In this document: positions 48,769 through 58,678 of the stretch, piece by piece | How positions within the stretch are numbered: position 1 is the first letter of the stretch | How the letters are laid out: every line of letters starts with the position of its first letter | Source of the DNA: Candidatus Poribacteria bacterium | Lineage (GTDB): Bacteria; Poribacteria; WGA-4E; GCA-2687025 | Assembly (NCBI GenBank): GCA_963665845.2 | Contig: OY762492.1 | Span: forward strand, 3,328,001 to 3,392,000 | Direction of reading: 5' to 3' | Length of the DNA stretch: 64,000 bases | Program-made: the position numbers and the translations under genes | The notes under the pieces: generated by a model | Told to the model about the DNA's origin: nothing | What the model saw: the letters and a program-made list of their open reading frames with translations, nothing else | Database searches by the model: none

Positions 48769-50604
48769 ATGCCGCCAAGCAACCTGATCGAACGCATGCG
48801 AACGGAAATACTTGTCGGCGACGGCGGAATGGGCGCCTATCTCCATACGAAAGGTCTGCCGTTGGAAACCGCGTTTGATCAGTTGAATCTGACCCATCCG
48901 CGGCTCATCATGGAGGTTCATCAAGAGTATATCGAGGCGGGCGCGCAGACGATTGAGACGAACACCTTCGGGGCGAACCGCGTCAAGCTCTCTCTGGCGG
49001 GGCATGCTGATCAAACGCGACAGATCAACATCGCCGGGGCGCAGATTGCGCGGGAGGCGGCGGGAGGACGCGCCTATGTTCTCGGCTCCATCGGACCGAC
49101 CGGCGATCCGAAGGCGCAGGAGAGCCGCCCTCCGTCCGATGTGTTTGAGGAGCAGGCGGACGCGCTTGCCGAGGGAGGCGCGGACGCTTTTATCATTGAA
49201 ACCTTTGTTCGCCTGGACGAATTGACGGCGGCGGTCTCCGCGGCGAAGCGGGCGGCGGATCTGCCGGTCATCGCGCAGATTGCCGCGAGCGCGCAGGAGG
49301 AGGCGGAGCCGAAGCGCATTGTGGAGGCGCTGCTGAAGGCGGGCGCGGACGCGGTCGGCGTCAACTGCGGAACGGGCGGACCGAACGCGGCGCTCAAAGC
49401 GGTTCAGGCGTTCGCCGCGTCGACAACGGCTCCGCTTGCCGCCCACGCGAACGCCAGCTTTCCGACCTATGTTGAGGGGCGGTATATTTACGCGAACAAT
49501 GTTCCGTATTTTGCTGATATGGCAAAAAAAATGGCGGAGGCGGGCGCCAATCTTGTCGGCGGATGCTGCGGCACAACGCCTGAACATATCCGCGCCGTTC
49601 GGCTTCAAATCGGACAGCGCGCGCCGACGCCGAGGCAAAAGAAAAGATCGGCAAGCGTCTCCAAAACAGGGGCGCGAAGCAAAAGCAAGCGGCTTAACAT
49701 CGCCGTTCCGCCGCCGCCGAATTTTCTGGAACGCAAAGATCGGGATGTGAAGATCATCGTGGAGGTGGACCCGCCGAAGGGGTTGAATGTCGACAGCGCC
49801 GTGCGCGCCTCCGAGAAGTTGGCGGCGGCGGGCGCGGACGCGGTGAGCGTCGCCGAAAACCAGCTCGCCTCCCCAAGAATGAGCAGCTGGGCGTTGAGTC
49901 GAATTATTCAGCGCGTCGCGGGCATTCCCGCCATTTGCCACTGCACCTGCCGCGACCGGAACCTGATTGGGCAGCAGTCGGAACTGATGGGCGGATACAT
50001 TCTCGGCATCAACCATGTGCTTGCGATCACCGGCGATCCGATGTCGCTGGGCGGGCATGAAGGCTCCTCCGTGTTTGACACCAACTCGTTTGGGCTGATC
50101 GATATGATGAGCCGTTTGAACGCCGGCGAAAACCTGCGCGGCGAATCGATCGACAAGCCGACTCGGTTCATCATCGGATGCGGCGTCAACCCGAATCGGC
50201 GCAAGCTGGCAGGCGAAATACGCCGCCTTGAAAAAAAGCGGAGCCTCGGCGCCGTCTTTGCCATGACGCAGCCGCCCGCCGACATCCATATTCTGCGCGG
50301 CCTAAAGCGACAGACGGCGGAGATGGAGATCGAAATGTTCATCGGCGTCGTTCCGCTGGTGAGCGCGCGGAACGCCGAATTTCTTCATAACGAGGTGCCG
50401 GGCATCAACCTGTCAGACGAAACGCGCAGGCGCATGGCGAACGCCAAAGACCCGAAAGCCGCCGTCCAAGAAGGCGTCCAGATTGCTAAAGAGCAGGTCG
50501 GCCAGATCCTTGAGATCGGCTTCAAGGGGATTTATATCATACCGATGCTGCGGCGGTACAGCATGGCGCTGGAGCTGATCGAACATATACGGCTCCAAAC
50601 TTAA
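48769..50604 (+). CDS. Bifunctional homocysteine S-methyltransferase / methylenetetrahydrofolate reductase (YitJ-like)
   Basis: DGGMG, IETNTFGAN, GVNC, GGCCGTTPEHI; MTHFR half VE.DPP, CRDRNLIG.QS, TGDP, TQP, NAEFLHNEVPGI. Confidence 0.92.
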   Translation: MPPSNLIERMRTEILVGDGGMGAYLHTKGLPLETAFDQLNLTHPRLIMEVHQEYIEAGAQTIETNTFGANRVKLSLAGHADQTRQINIAGAQIAREAAGGRAYVLGSIGPTGDPKAQESRPPSDVFEEQADALAEGGADAFIIETFVRLDELTAAVSAAKRAADLPVIAQIAASAQEEAEPKRIVEALLKAGADAVGVNCGTGGPNAALKAVQAFAASTTAPLAAHANASFPTYVEGRYIYANNVPYFADMAKKMAEAGANLVGGCCGTTPEHIRAVRLQIGQRAPTPRQKKRSASVSKTGARSKSKRLNIAVPPPPNFLERKDRDVKIIVEVDPPKGLNVDSAVRASEKLAAAGADAVSVAENQLASPRMSSWALSRIIQRVAGIPAICHCTCRDRNLIGQQSELMGGYILGINHVLAITGDPMSLGGHEGSSVFDTNSFGLIDMMSRLNAGENLRGESIDKPTRFIIGCGVNPNRRKLAGEIRRLEKKRSLGAVFAMTQPPADIHILRGLKRQTAEMEIEMFIGVVPLVSARNAEFLHNEVPGINLSDETRRRMANAKDPKAAVQEGVQIAKEQVGQILEIGFKGIYIIPMLRRYSMALELIEHIRLQT

Positions 50605-50621
50605 ACGCGGAAAGCGAACCG

Positions 50622-53600
50622 ATGGCTGTTTGGAAAACGCGCGACATCGAAGAGATGTTCAACGAACGGGCGATGCTCATCGACGGGGCGATGGGAACAA
50701 GCATACAGGCGCTGAATCTGTCGCCCGGCGATTTTGGGGGGGCGAGTCTGGACGGCTGCAACGAGCATTTATGCCTTGTCTTGCCGAACGCCATTGAGCA
50801 GATTCACCGCGACTATCTGGCGGCGGGCGCCGACATCATCGAGACGAACAGCTTTGGCGCGACCAGCATTGTTCTGGCGGAATACGAGCTTGAAGAGCAG
50901 GCGTTTCAGATCAACCGCGCGGCGGCGCAGATCGCGCGCCGCGCCGCAAACGCTTATTCCGATTCGAAGCCGCGCCTTGTCGCCGGGTCGATGGGTCCGG
51001 GGACGCGCTCCATCTCGCTCACAGGCGGCGTTACATGGGACGAGGTGGAGGAGGCGTACCGCGAGCAGGCGCTTGGGCTGCTGGACGGCGGCGCCGATAT
51101 GCTGTTTCTTGAAACGGCGCAGGACGCCCTCAACCTGAAGGCGGCCGCGCTGGGAGTCATGAGGGCGATGAATGAAACGGGCATACAGGCGCCGATCATG
51201 CTCTCCGGCACCATCGAAATGATGGGTACGGCGCTGGCGGGTCAGACGATAGAGGCGCTGATTGCGGCGGTTGAACATCTGCCGGCGTTCAGCGTCGGTC
51301 TCAACTGCGCGACCGGTCCGGCGTTTATGACCGACAGGCTGCGCGCCGCCGCCGAGCTTGCCAAGACGCGCGTCACGGTCGTCCCGAACGCGGGCTTGCC
51401 GGATGAGAACGGCAACTATCTTGAAACGCCTGAAAGCATGACGAAAACGCTGGAGCGGTTTGTCGACAACGGCTGGGTGAACGCTCTCGGCGGATGCTGC
51501 GGCACAACGCCCGCCCATATCGCCGCCTTCGCCGAGATGCTGGAGAACAAGCCGCCGCGCCGCGTCCCTCAATACTCCAAAACGCATGTGTCGGGGCTTG
51601 AGTATCTTGAGATTGAAGAGGACGGGAAGCCGTATCTTGTCGGCGAGCGAACGAATGTGCTTGGGAGCCGGCGGTTCAAGCGGCTTATCGCGGATGAAAA
51701 ATATGAGGAAGCGGCTGAAATCGGACGGAAGCAGGCGCGCGGCGGCGCCAATATCTTAGACATCTGCCTGCAAGACCCTGACCGAGACGAGCAGGAGGAC
51801 ATTCAAGCGTTCATGACCCGCTTAACCAAAATCGTCAAGCTGCCGCTCATGATCGACTCAACCGATCCCGCTGTCATCGAAACGGCGCTGAAGATGTGTC
51901 AAGGGAAATCGATCATTAATTCGATCAACCTTGAAGACGGGGAGGAGCGGTTTGAGCAGGTTGTCCCGCTTGGAAAGCGGTACGGCGCCGCCTTTATTGT
52001 CGGGACGATTGACGAGGATCCTGAGCAGGGGATGGGGGTTACGGTTGAGCGGAAGCTGGAAATTGCGCGCCGTTCGTATGATCTGTTGACGCGCAAATAC
52101 GCTGTTCCTGAAGAGGATATTATATGGGATCCGCTCGTGTTTCCCATCGGCGCGGGCGATGAAAATTACGCGCATGCGGGCAAGTACACCATTGAGGCGG
52201 TTGAACAGATCAAGGCGGAATTTACGCAAACGAAAACAGTTCTCGGCATCTCAAACGTCTCCTTCGGTTTGCCGACGGCGGGGCGGGAGGTACTGAACGC
52301 CGTTTTTATGTACCACTGCGCGGAGGCGGGGCTTGACCTAGCGATCGTCAACACGGAGCGGCTTGAGCGTTACGCCTCCATACCCGAAAAGGAGCGGCAG
52401 CTGTCGGAGCGGCTGATATTTGACAATTCGCCCGACGCGGTCGCCGAATTCACCGACTTTTACCGTAAAAGAAAAACGAAAAAACAGGCGGACGAATGGA
52501 GCGGCATGACGCTGCACGAACGGCTGGCGCGGCGCATTGTCGAAGGCGTCAAGGAGGGCATGCAGGCAGATCTGGACGAGGCGCTGCAGAGCCGCGCGCC
52601 GCTGGAGATTGTGAACGGTCCCCTCATGAGCGGAATGGACGAGGTCGGCCGTCTCTTCAACAACAATGAGCTGATTGTGGCGGAGGTTCTCCAGAGCGCC
52701 GAGGCGATGAAAGCGGCCGTCTCTCATCTGGAGCCGCATATGGAAACAGACGGCGAAGCGAGCGCGCGCGGCGCCGTACTTCTCGCCACGGTGAAGGGGG
52801 ATGTCCATGACATCGGCAAAAATCTGGTCGACATCATTCTCACGAACAACGGCTACCATGTGCATAACCTCGGCATCAAGGCGCCGCCGGAAGCGATCAT
52901 TCAGGCGTTCCATGAGAGCGACCCGGACATCATCGGCTTGTCGGGGCTGCTGGTGAAATCGGCGCATCAGATGGTCGCGACGGCGGAGGACCTTGCCAGC
53001 GCCGGCGTGTCGATACCGATACTGGTCGGCGGCGCGGCGCTGTCGAAGCGGTTCACCGAGACGCGCATCGACCCCGCCTACACAACAGGGCGCGCCTTTT
53101 ACGCCAAGGATGCGATGGAGGGGCTGGCGCTCGCCAACGCGCTCATGGACAAAGAGAAACGCGAACAGCTTCTTCAACCGACCGAGAAAGAGGCGCCGGC
53201 GAAGCGTGTCAACATCGAACGAACGGCGCCGACAAAGCCGAGAACGCGCAAGGCGGTTCAGCCTGTCGACCCGCCGAATCCGCCCAACCTGAACGCGCAT
53301 ATCGTGGAGGACGATCTGGACGCGCTGTTTGAATGGATCAACCCGCAGACGCTTTACGGGCGGGCGCTCGGTTACCGCGGCAACTTTGAGCGCAACCTGG
53401 CGGAGGGCGACCCGAAGGCGCTGGAGCTGCGCGGCATTGTGCGCAAGACGCTGGATCTGGCGTCGGTCAACAACTGGATACAGCCGAAAGCGGCGTATCA
53501 GTTTTTCCGCGCCGCGGCGGACGGCGACGCGATTCTCATCTTCAACCCGTCCGAAGAGGACGCGGTTGAACGGTTTGAGTTTCCGCGCCAGCAGGACCGC

Positions 53601-54077
53601 GACAGGCTCTGCCTTGCCGACTATCTGCGCCCTGTCGGGTGGGAGGGCGGCTTAGACAACATAGCGCTGTTCGTGACGACAGCGGGCGAGGGGGTCATGC
53701 GTCAAGCGGAGGAGCTGAAAGAGGCGGGCGAGTATTTGCTGTCGCACGCGCTCGGCGCGCTGGCGTATGAGACGGCGGAGGCGTTTGCGGAGAAGCTGCA
53801 TAGCCGCATCCGCGCCATGTGGGGCTTCCCCGACCCGCCGGACATGACCATGAAACTGATCATGCAATCGCGCTACCGCGGGCAGCGGTACAGCTTTGGA
53901 TACCCCGCATGCCCCGACATGAGCGATCAGACAAAGCTATGGCGGCTGCTCAAGCCGGAACGCATCAACGTTCATCTGACGGAACTGCATATGATGGATC
54001 CAGAAGCGAGCGTGTCGGCGCTGACGTTTCATCATCCGGAAGCGCGCTACTTTAAGGCGGGGGCGGAGGCTGAATAA
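50622..54077 (+). CDS. metH: Cobalamin-dependent methionine synthase
   Basis: DGAMGT, GGCCGTTP, VGERTNV.GS, TVKGDVHDIGKN (B12 binding), RYSFGYPACPD. Confidence 0.97.
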   Translation: MAVWKTRDIEEMFNERAMLIDGAMGTSIQALNLSPGDFGGASLDGCNEHLCLVLPNAIEQIHRDYLAAGADIIETNSFGATSIVLAEYELEEQAFQINRAAAQIARRAANAYSDSKPRLVAGSMGPGTRSISLTGGVTWDEVEEAYREQALGLLDGGADMLFLETAQDALNLKAAALGVMRAMNETGIQAPIMLSGTIEMMGTALAGQTIEALIAAVEHLPAFSVGLNCATGPAFMTDRLRAAAELAKTRVTVVPNAGLPDENGNYLETPESMTKTLERFVDNGWVNALGGCCGTTPAHIAAFAEMLENKPPRRVPQYSKTHVSGLEYLEIEEDGKPYLVGERTNVLGSRRFKRLIADEKYEEAAEIGRKQARGGANILDICLQDPDRDEQEDIQAFMTRLTKIVKLPLMIDSTDPAVIETALKMCQGKSIINSINLEDGEERFEQVVPLGKRYGAAFIVGTIDEDPEQGMGVTVERKLEIARRSYDLLTRKYAVPEEDIIWDPLVFPIGAGDENYAHAGKYTIEAVEQIKAEFTQTKTVLGISNVSFGLPTAGREVLNAVFMYHCAEAGLDLAIVNTERLERYASIPEKERQLSERLIFDNSPDAVAEFTDFYRKRKTKKQADEWSGMTLHERLARRIVEGVKEGMQADLDEALQSRAPLEIVNGPLMSGMDEVGRLFNNNELIVAEVLQSAEAMKAAVSHLEPHMETDGEASARGAVLLATVKGDVHDIGKNLVDIILTNNGYHVHNLGIKAPPEAIIQAFHESDPDIIGLSGLLVKSAHQMVATAEDLASAGVSIPILVGGAALSKRFTETRIDPAYTTGRAFYAKDAMEGLALANALMDKEKREQLLQPTEKEAPAKRVNIERTAPTKPRTRKAVQPVDPPNPPNLNAHIVEDDLDALFEWINPQTLYGRALGYRGNFERNLAEGDPKALELRGIVRKTLDLASVNNWIQPKAAYQFFRAAADGDAILIFNPSEEDAVERFEFPRQQDRDRLCLADYLRPVGWEGGLDNIALFVTTAGEGVMRQAEELKEAGEYLLSHALGALAYETAEAFAEKLHSRIRAMWGFPDPPDMTMKLIMQSRYRGQRYSFGYPACPDMSDQTKLWRLLKPERINVHLTELHMMDPEASVSALTFHHPEARYFKAGAEAE

Positions 54078-54101
54078 CCACTCCGCCCCGACCGCTCATA
54101 G

Positions 54102-54300
54102 CCTGCCCCCGTGAAAACGGGGGCCATTCCCGCGCCCCCTCCTCGTCATTCCCGCGCAAGCGGGAATCTTAAAGGCATCGCAGCCCGCCGCGCTTTAAAC
54201 CCCCCTAGCCCCCCTTTTCAAGGGGGGGAATCGGACCGCGCCCTTGAAAAGGGGGAATCGGACGCGGCTTTCAAGGGGGAATCGGACGCGGCGCCGCCCC
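54102..54300. repeat. Composite repeat cluster with a triplicated AAGGGGGAATCGGAC tail
   Basis: CCCCCGTGAAAACGGGGG, GTCATTCCCGCGCAAGCGGGAATC, the palindrome module, and three tandem tail copies. Confidence 0.8.
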
Positions 54301-54309
54301 TTAAGAGCT

Positions 54310-55590
54310 TTATTCTATGCCTGTTACAACGCGCGCTTCGTTCCGCAGCGCCTCCAGCGTCAACTCCCCTGCCGCGAACCGATCGATAGAATCCTTTGAA
54401 ACGCGGAACGCCATGAAGGTGTCGGTCAACGCATGCCCTGACAGAATCGTCGCGGATGAGCGGTACTGAACCCCGTCCTCGGAGCGGTCATGCGTCTCCG
54501 CCGTTGTCGTTTCATAGGTCGGGGCGCCGAGAACGGCGACAGCGACCGTCTCCGCCGGCTCAAGCCGCAGCCTTACGCCATGCTTCAACGCCTCCATGAG
54601 CCGCGCTGTCAGCGCTTCCGCCTTGCCGGCGTCGTATGGGCGTGGAAACGCGGACGGATCCATCTTTTTCGCAATGTAGTCCATCCGTTCTTTTAGAAGA
54701 CGTTTGAAATCTTCCCTCAATTGGAAAGGTTCGAAATCTATGTCCAGCTCTGGAAACTCCTCTAGGCGCGGAAAGAGAGGGCGAACCGCCAAATCTTGCG
54801 GCAAGTTCTCCTCCCAGAAAACGCGCCATAGATTCTCTAAATCTGAAAAGCGGCGCTGCGCTTCGAGCGTTCCAGGATCAAGCGGCGGCGGCGCGGCGTC
54901 GGTTTGCGGCGGCGCGGACAACGGCAGCTTCGCATCGGCTAAAAACAGAACGCCGTACCCCTCAATCGGAACGCCGCGGATGTTGTAGACGGAGTTGTCC
55001 GCGCCCGCCGTCTTTTCTAAGACGCGCGCCATGACCGCCGCATCCTCTAGCGCCGGGGAATCCTCCAGCGTCTGAAACTGTACAGAGACATCCTTCGACC
55101 TGCGTACGGTCAGGATCGAATGCCGCTTGCCGACCGCAACGGCGGCGATCGGACCGAGAGTCTTGACATCCCAGTCGGCGTTTTGGACCGCCTCCGTCAG
55201 CGCCGCTTTCAACAGCCCTGTCATTTCCGCGTTCTTGTTGAAGCCGTCAGTCAAATCGCGCAGCGCCTCGTCCCATGCGTCGCCTGGATCGCCTGACGAG
55301 TTTGCCGCTTCGCCGTTCAAAACGAATGGAACCCTCGCGGCAAAAACGACTCCCGCGCTTCCGAGGTAAAAAGCGTCGCCGTTGAAAAACGGCTCGTTGA
55401 GCGCTTGCCGCAGGCGTTTTTCAAGGCGCGTTTCCAGGGACGCCGTAGCGTCGGCGGCCGTTCGCGCCTCCTCCGCCGACAGCGCCGCGGCGTCCATGAG
55501 CGCGAGCGGCTTCGGCGCCGACTCCGCCAAAAGAGAACCGGGCGCGCACAGCGCCAACGCAAGCAGCGCCGACCAAAACAGATGTTTCAT
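54310..55590 (-). CDS. Secreted protein of unknown function, paralog C of the ECF operon
   Basis: Signal peptide MKHLFW...LLA; shares VMARVL.K, G..IEGYGVLF, YD..KA..L, EALK.G.R and G.LT....R motifs with its neighbours. Confidence 0.85.
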   Translation of the reverse strand: MKHLFWSALLALALCAPGSLLAESAPKPLALMDAAALSAEEARTAADATASLETRLEKRLRQALNEPFFNGDAFYLGSAGVVFAARVPFVLNGEAANSSGDPGDAWDEALRDLTDGFNKNAEMTGLLKAALTEAVQNADWDVKTLGPIAAVAVGKRHSILTVRRSKDVSVQFQTLEDSPALEDAAVMARVLEKTAGADNSVYNIRGVPIEGYGVLFLADAKLPLSAPPQTDAAPPPLDPGTLEAQRRFSDLENLWRVFWEENLPQDLAVRPLFPRLEEFPELDIDFEPFQLREDFKRLLKERMDYIAKKMDPSAFPRPYDAGKAEALTARLMEALKHGVRLRLEPAETVAVAVLGAPTYETTTAETHDRSEDGVQYRSSATILSGHALTDTFMAFRVSKDSIDRFAAGELTLEALRNEARVVTGIE

Positions 55591-55620
55591 CGTCTCATCT
55601 CCTTCCAAAAGCGGCTGTCT

Positions 55621-57135
55621 CTACTTCTGCCGCAACTTTTCTTGAAATTGTTCGCGCGTTAATTCGCCCTTGCCGTAGGCGTCCAGATCGCGTTTCAAGG
55701 CGCGGAACGAGATCTGGGTGCCTTCCGCGCCGCGTATCAAAACGGCAACATACTCCTCCGCGTCCATGCCCTGTATGCGCGAGGCGTATTTGAGCGCGTC
55801 CCAAACCCCCTCCGTGAGCAGATCCTTTAACTGCTTCTCGTTTTCAGAGGTTGAAAAGCCGCCGCCTCTTACAATAACGGGGGAGCCTGACGGTTGGATG
55901 ACAGGAGTTACGACAGCGGTGTATGTCTTTCCGTCGTCGCTAACTGTCCATTCGCTGACGTCTGGGGCTCTCCAGCGGTTGGCGCGTCTGCCGCCGCGCA
56001 GTTCCCGCGCCGACTGCTCCCACAGGTCGTCTTCCCTGCGCGGAGCCAGGGGGAACCGAACATCGGCGACGAACAGGACGCCGTACCCCTCTAGATAGAC
56101 GCCGCGCGCGCCCTTGCCGGGATGCGCTCCTGATGCGCCGGCAGACGGGTTGCCCGTATAAAGCCGCCCTGGCCGCCCCATGCTGTATTTGCCGCCCAGC
56201 TTCCCATGGAGCGTTTTATCCAGTACGCGCGCCATGACGACGGCTCCGCCCTGCGCCGTTGAAACGTCTATGCGTCCAGAGGCGGTTGAGGGGCTGGCGA
56301 GGCTTCCAAACTCGGCGCGGGCGGAGAAGTAGGTCGGCGCAAGACCGCCGCCGCTCATGGCGTAGACGGCGAGGAGATCGGCGTCCGCAAAATGGCGCAT
56401 GTTCGACGCATGTTTGAGCGCCGACAGAACCGCGTTTACGAATTTGGACGCCCTCTCGGCGTCGTAGGTTTCATCCGAAGAGTCGGAAGAGCCGACCCCC
56501 ATCCTCTGCCGCGCCGCCTCCCAGACCGCGTCCGTTTCGGCGTCCGCCCTGGACGGGCGCGAGTCGACAAGCAGGGACGGAAAGTCCACTAGATAGAGGC
56601 AGCCGCGCCCTAGATACACGGAATGAATTCGCAGCCTGATCGGCAAAATATAATCTTCCGGGAACTCCTGCTCAATCAGATCGGACAGCACCGAATAAAA
56701 CACCCTCATGTCCTCAAAGATTTCGAGCGTCTGCGTTCGGTTCCGCCCGTCCTCTACGCCGACAAGAAGCGGCTGCGCCATGTCAATCGCCTGAAGAGGG
56801 ATGACTTCTATCGTATCCGAAAAAGTGAATGGCACATTGAAAGGTCCGCCTCCGCTGAAAGATTCGCCAGGCGTAACGGTCTCTATAATAGGATGCCCTT
56901 CCGTATCCTCCGCCGCCCAAATCGAAGAAATCTTGCCGTCGTCTCCCACTACGAAGCGCAGTTTGTCCGCAGAAAAATCTTCTACAGCTTCGTCAAAAGT
57001 GAATGTCACAGTGAAAGAATCGTCAGGCGTAGTTTCCTCTATAGTAAGAACTTTCTGCCATACCGTATCTTCCGCCGCCAAAACCGAAGCGCATGCCGCC
57101 AGCGCCAGCAGCGCCGCAACCCATATTCGTCTCAT
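55621..57135 (-). CDS. Secreted protein of unknown function, paralog B, with Ig-like fragments
   Basis: Signal peptide (VLA); two copies of the shared domain; FTVTFTFDEAV near the N-terminus and SDDGKTYTAVVTP insert. Confidence 0.85.
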   Translation of the reverse strand: MRRIWVAALLALAACASVLAAEDTVWQKVLTIEETTPDDSFTVTFTFDEAVEDFSADKLRFVVGDDGKISSIWAAEDTEGHPIIETVTPGESFSGGGPFNVPFTFSDTIEVIPLQAIDMAQPLLVGVEDGRNRTQTLEIFEDMRVFYSVLSDLIEQEFPEDYILPIRLRIHSVYLGRGCLYLVDFPSLLVDSRPSRADAETDAVWEAARQRMGVGSSDSSDETYDAERASKFVNAVLSALKHASNMRHFADADLLAVYAMSGGGLAPTYFSARAEFGSLASPSTASGRIDVSTAQGGAVVMARVLDKTLHGKLGGKYSMGRPGRLYTGNPSAGASGAHPGKGARGVYLEGYGVLFVADVRFPLAPRREDDLWEQSARELRGGRRANRWRAPDVSEWTVSDDGKTYTAVVTPVIQPSGSPVIVRGGGFSTSENEKQLKDLLTEGVWDALKYASRIQGMDAEEYVAVLIRGAEGTQISFRALKRDLDAYGKGELTREQFQEKLRQK

Positions 57136-58631
57136 TTCTCTTCTCCTTTCGTGACGTTGGGCTTCCCCGCCTCTATTGCGAGACCGATATTCTGAATGTC
57201 AGCCTGGTTCGCCAAATCCATCGCCTCCACGATCCGCTCATGATGTACTTTGGGGCTGGATCGAATGATGAGCTGTTTTTTCTTTTCTGCAGGCGCGCTG
57301 TTGAACCGCTCCTTCAGCTGCTCCATCGTCGCCGTTTCGCCGTCCAGCGTCATGCTGCCGTCTTCGCTGATGGTCAGCGTCAGCATTTTATCCGACCAAG
57401 CAAGCGACTGCGCAAGCTCCTCCCAGCTCAACGAGAGCATGTCGATCTTAATCGACACTTTTTCTCGAAACGCGCTGATGTCCAGAGCGCCGCCGCCGTA
57501 AGCGTCCGCATGCCGCTTCAAGGTCCGAAACACGAGATTGGAACCGTCGTAGCCGCGTATCGACACGATCAGCGCCTCGTCCGGATCCATGCCGCTGATG
57601 CGCGATCCGTAGCGCAGCGCTTCAAGGATCGTGTCCACTGTTCGGCTTCTGAGAAAGACCGCTTCATGCGGGGTCGGGAGCTTATCGCGATCCAAGCGAT
57701 GCGCTCCGAAGTCGGGGCGGATTTGAGATCCGCTCCGCAGCTCGCTGAGCGATTCCTGCCACAGATCCGCAGGCAGTTCGTTGTCCGCCTCATCTGCGCC
57801 GACCGGGTAATGAACGTCGGTGAAGAAAAGCGCGCCGTACCCCTTCAGGTAGAGGCTGCGGACGCCCTCGCCTACAGGAACATATAAGGTGGAGGAGGTT
57901 ACCATGGTAATGCCGTCTTCGACGCTGACCTCCATCGGTCCGCCGCTGAATCGACTGCCCAGTTTAGCGCGCAGGAGTTTGTCGATCACGCGCCCCATCG
58001 CCGCCGCGTCGCCCTGCGTGGAGGGGCTGCCCGTCCATTCCGCTGCGAATTGAACGGCGGATAGGTCTTTGAAAGAGGCTCTTGCGGTCAAGATCGATTT
58101 TGCGGGGGGGATCGCTATGCCGACTGCCGCGACCGCGATGAAATCGTCCGTTTTAAAATGGCGAATGTTTTTTGCCAGAGCCAGCGCGGTCTGCAGCGTC
58201 TCTTTGAGCCGCTCCGCTCTGTCGGGCGGGACATCTGCGCGCGGCGCGTAACCTAACTTTCGGCGCGCCGCGTCCCATGCCTCGTCCGACGGCTGATCGG
58301 GGCTTTGCGTTTCGGCGCCGGCGACATGAAACGGCAGATCCGCCAAAAAGAGACAGCCGCTCCCCAGATAATAGGAGCGTATCATGACATGCCGTATATG
58401 CGGATTGTCAGGGAAGGCGTCGGCGATCAGCTCCCCCAGCGCGGACGTCATGACGCGCATGTCCTCCAAAATGTCATGGACATGCGCCGACGGGCGGCTC
58501 TCTGTGTTCAGCAGAGCGATTGGCGCCTTATGAAAAAAATCGGGATCGATTTCCACCTTCGGTACTTCCTTCGAAGACGCCTCTGCCGCCGTCCAGCAGA
58601 TGAGCAGCGCCAGGATTGTGAGCGTTCGCAT
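57132..58631 (-). CDS. Secreted protein of unknown function, paralog A, with a C-terminal ExbD/TolR-like domain
   Basis: Start MRTLTILALL after AAAGGA; two copies of the shared domain; tail LTI..DG...LDG...L.IR....V....IV..MD.A......I.LA. Confidence 0.85.
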   Translation of the reverse strand: MRTLTILALLICWTAAEASSKEVPKVEIDPDFFHKAPIALLNTESRPSAHVHDILEDMRVMTSALGELIADAFPDNPHIRHVMIRSYYLGSGCLFLADLPFHVAGAETQSPDQPSDEAWDAARRKLGYAPRADVPPDRAERLKETLQTALALAKNIRHFKTDDFIAVAAVGIAIPPAKSILTARASFKDLSAVQFAAEWTGSPSTQGDAAAMGRVIDKLLRAKLGSRFSGGPMEVSVEDGITMVTSSTLYVPVGEGVRSLYLKGYGALFFTDVHYPVGADEADNELPADLWQESLSELRSGSQIRPDFGAHRLDRDKLPTPHEAVFLRSRTVDTILEALRYGSRISGMDPDEALIVSIRGYDGSNLVFRTLKRHADAYGGGALDISAFREKVSIKIDMLSLSWEELAQSLAWSDKMLTLTISEDGSMTLDGETATMEQLKERFNSAPAEKKKQLIIRSSPKVHHERIVEAMDLANQADIQNIGLAIEAGKPNVTKGEEK

Positions 58632-58678
58632 GTTCGTTCCTTTCGTTGTTTGCCGATGCCGTTTCATCCATTCGCCTC

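Noticed and set aside
48688-50289. 533-aa minus-strand ORF
   Set aside because: Antisense shadow of the YitJ-like gene.
54060-54089. Intrinsic terminator after metH
   Set aside because: A GGGGCGGAG/CTCCGCCCC stem exists but overlaps the stop codon and has no U-tract.
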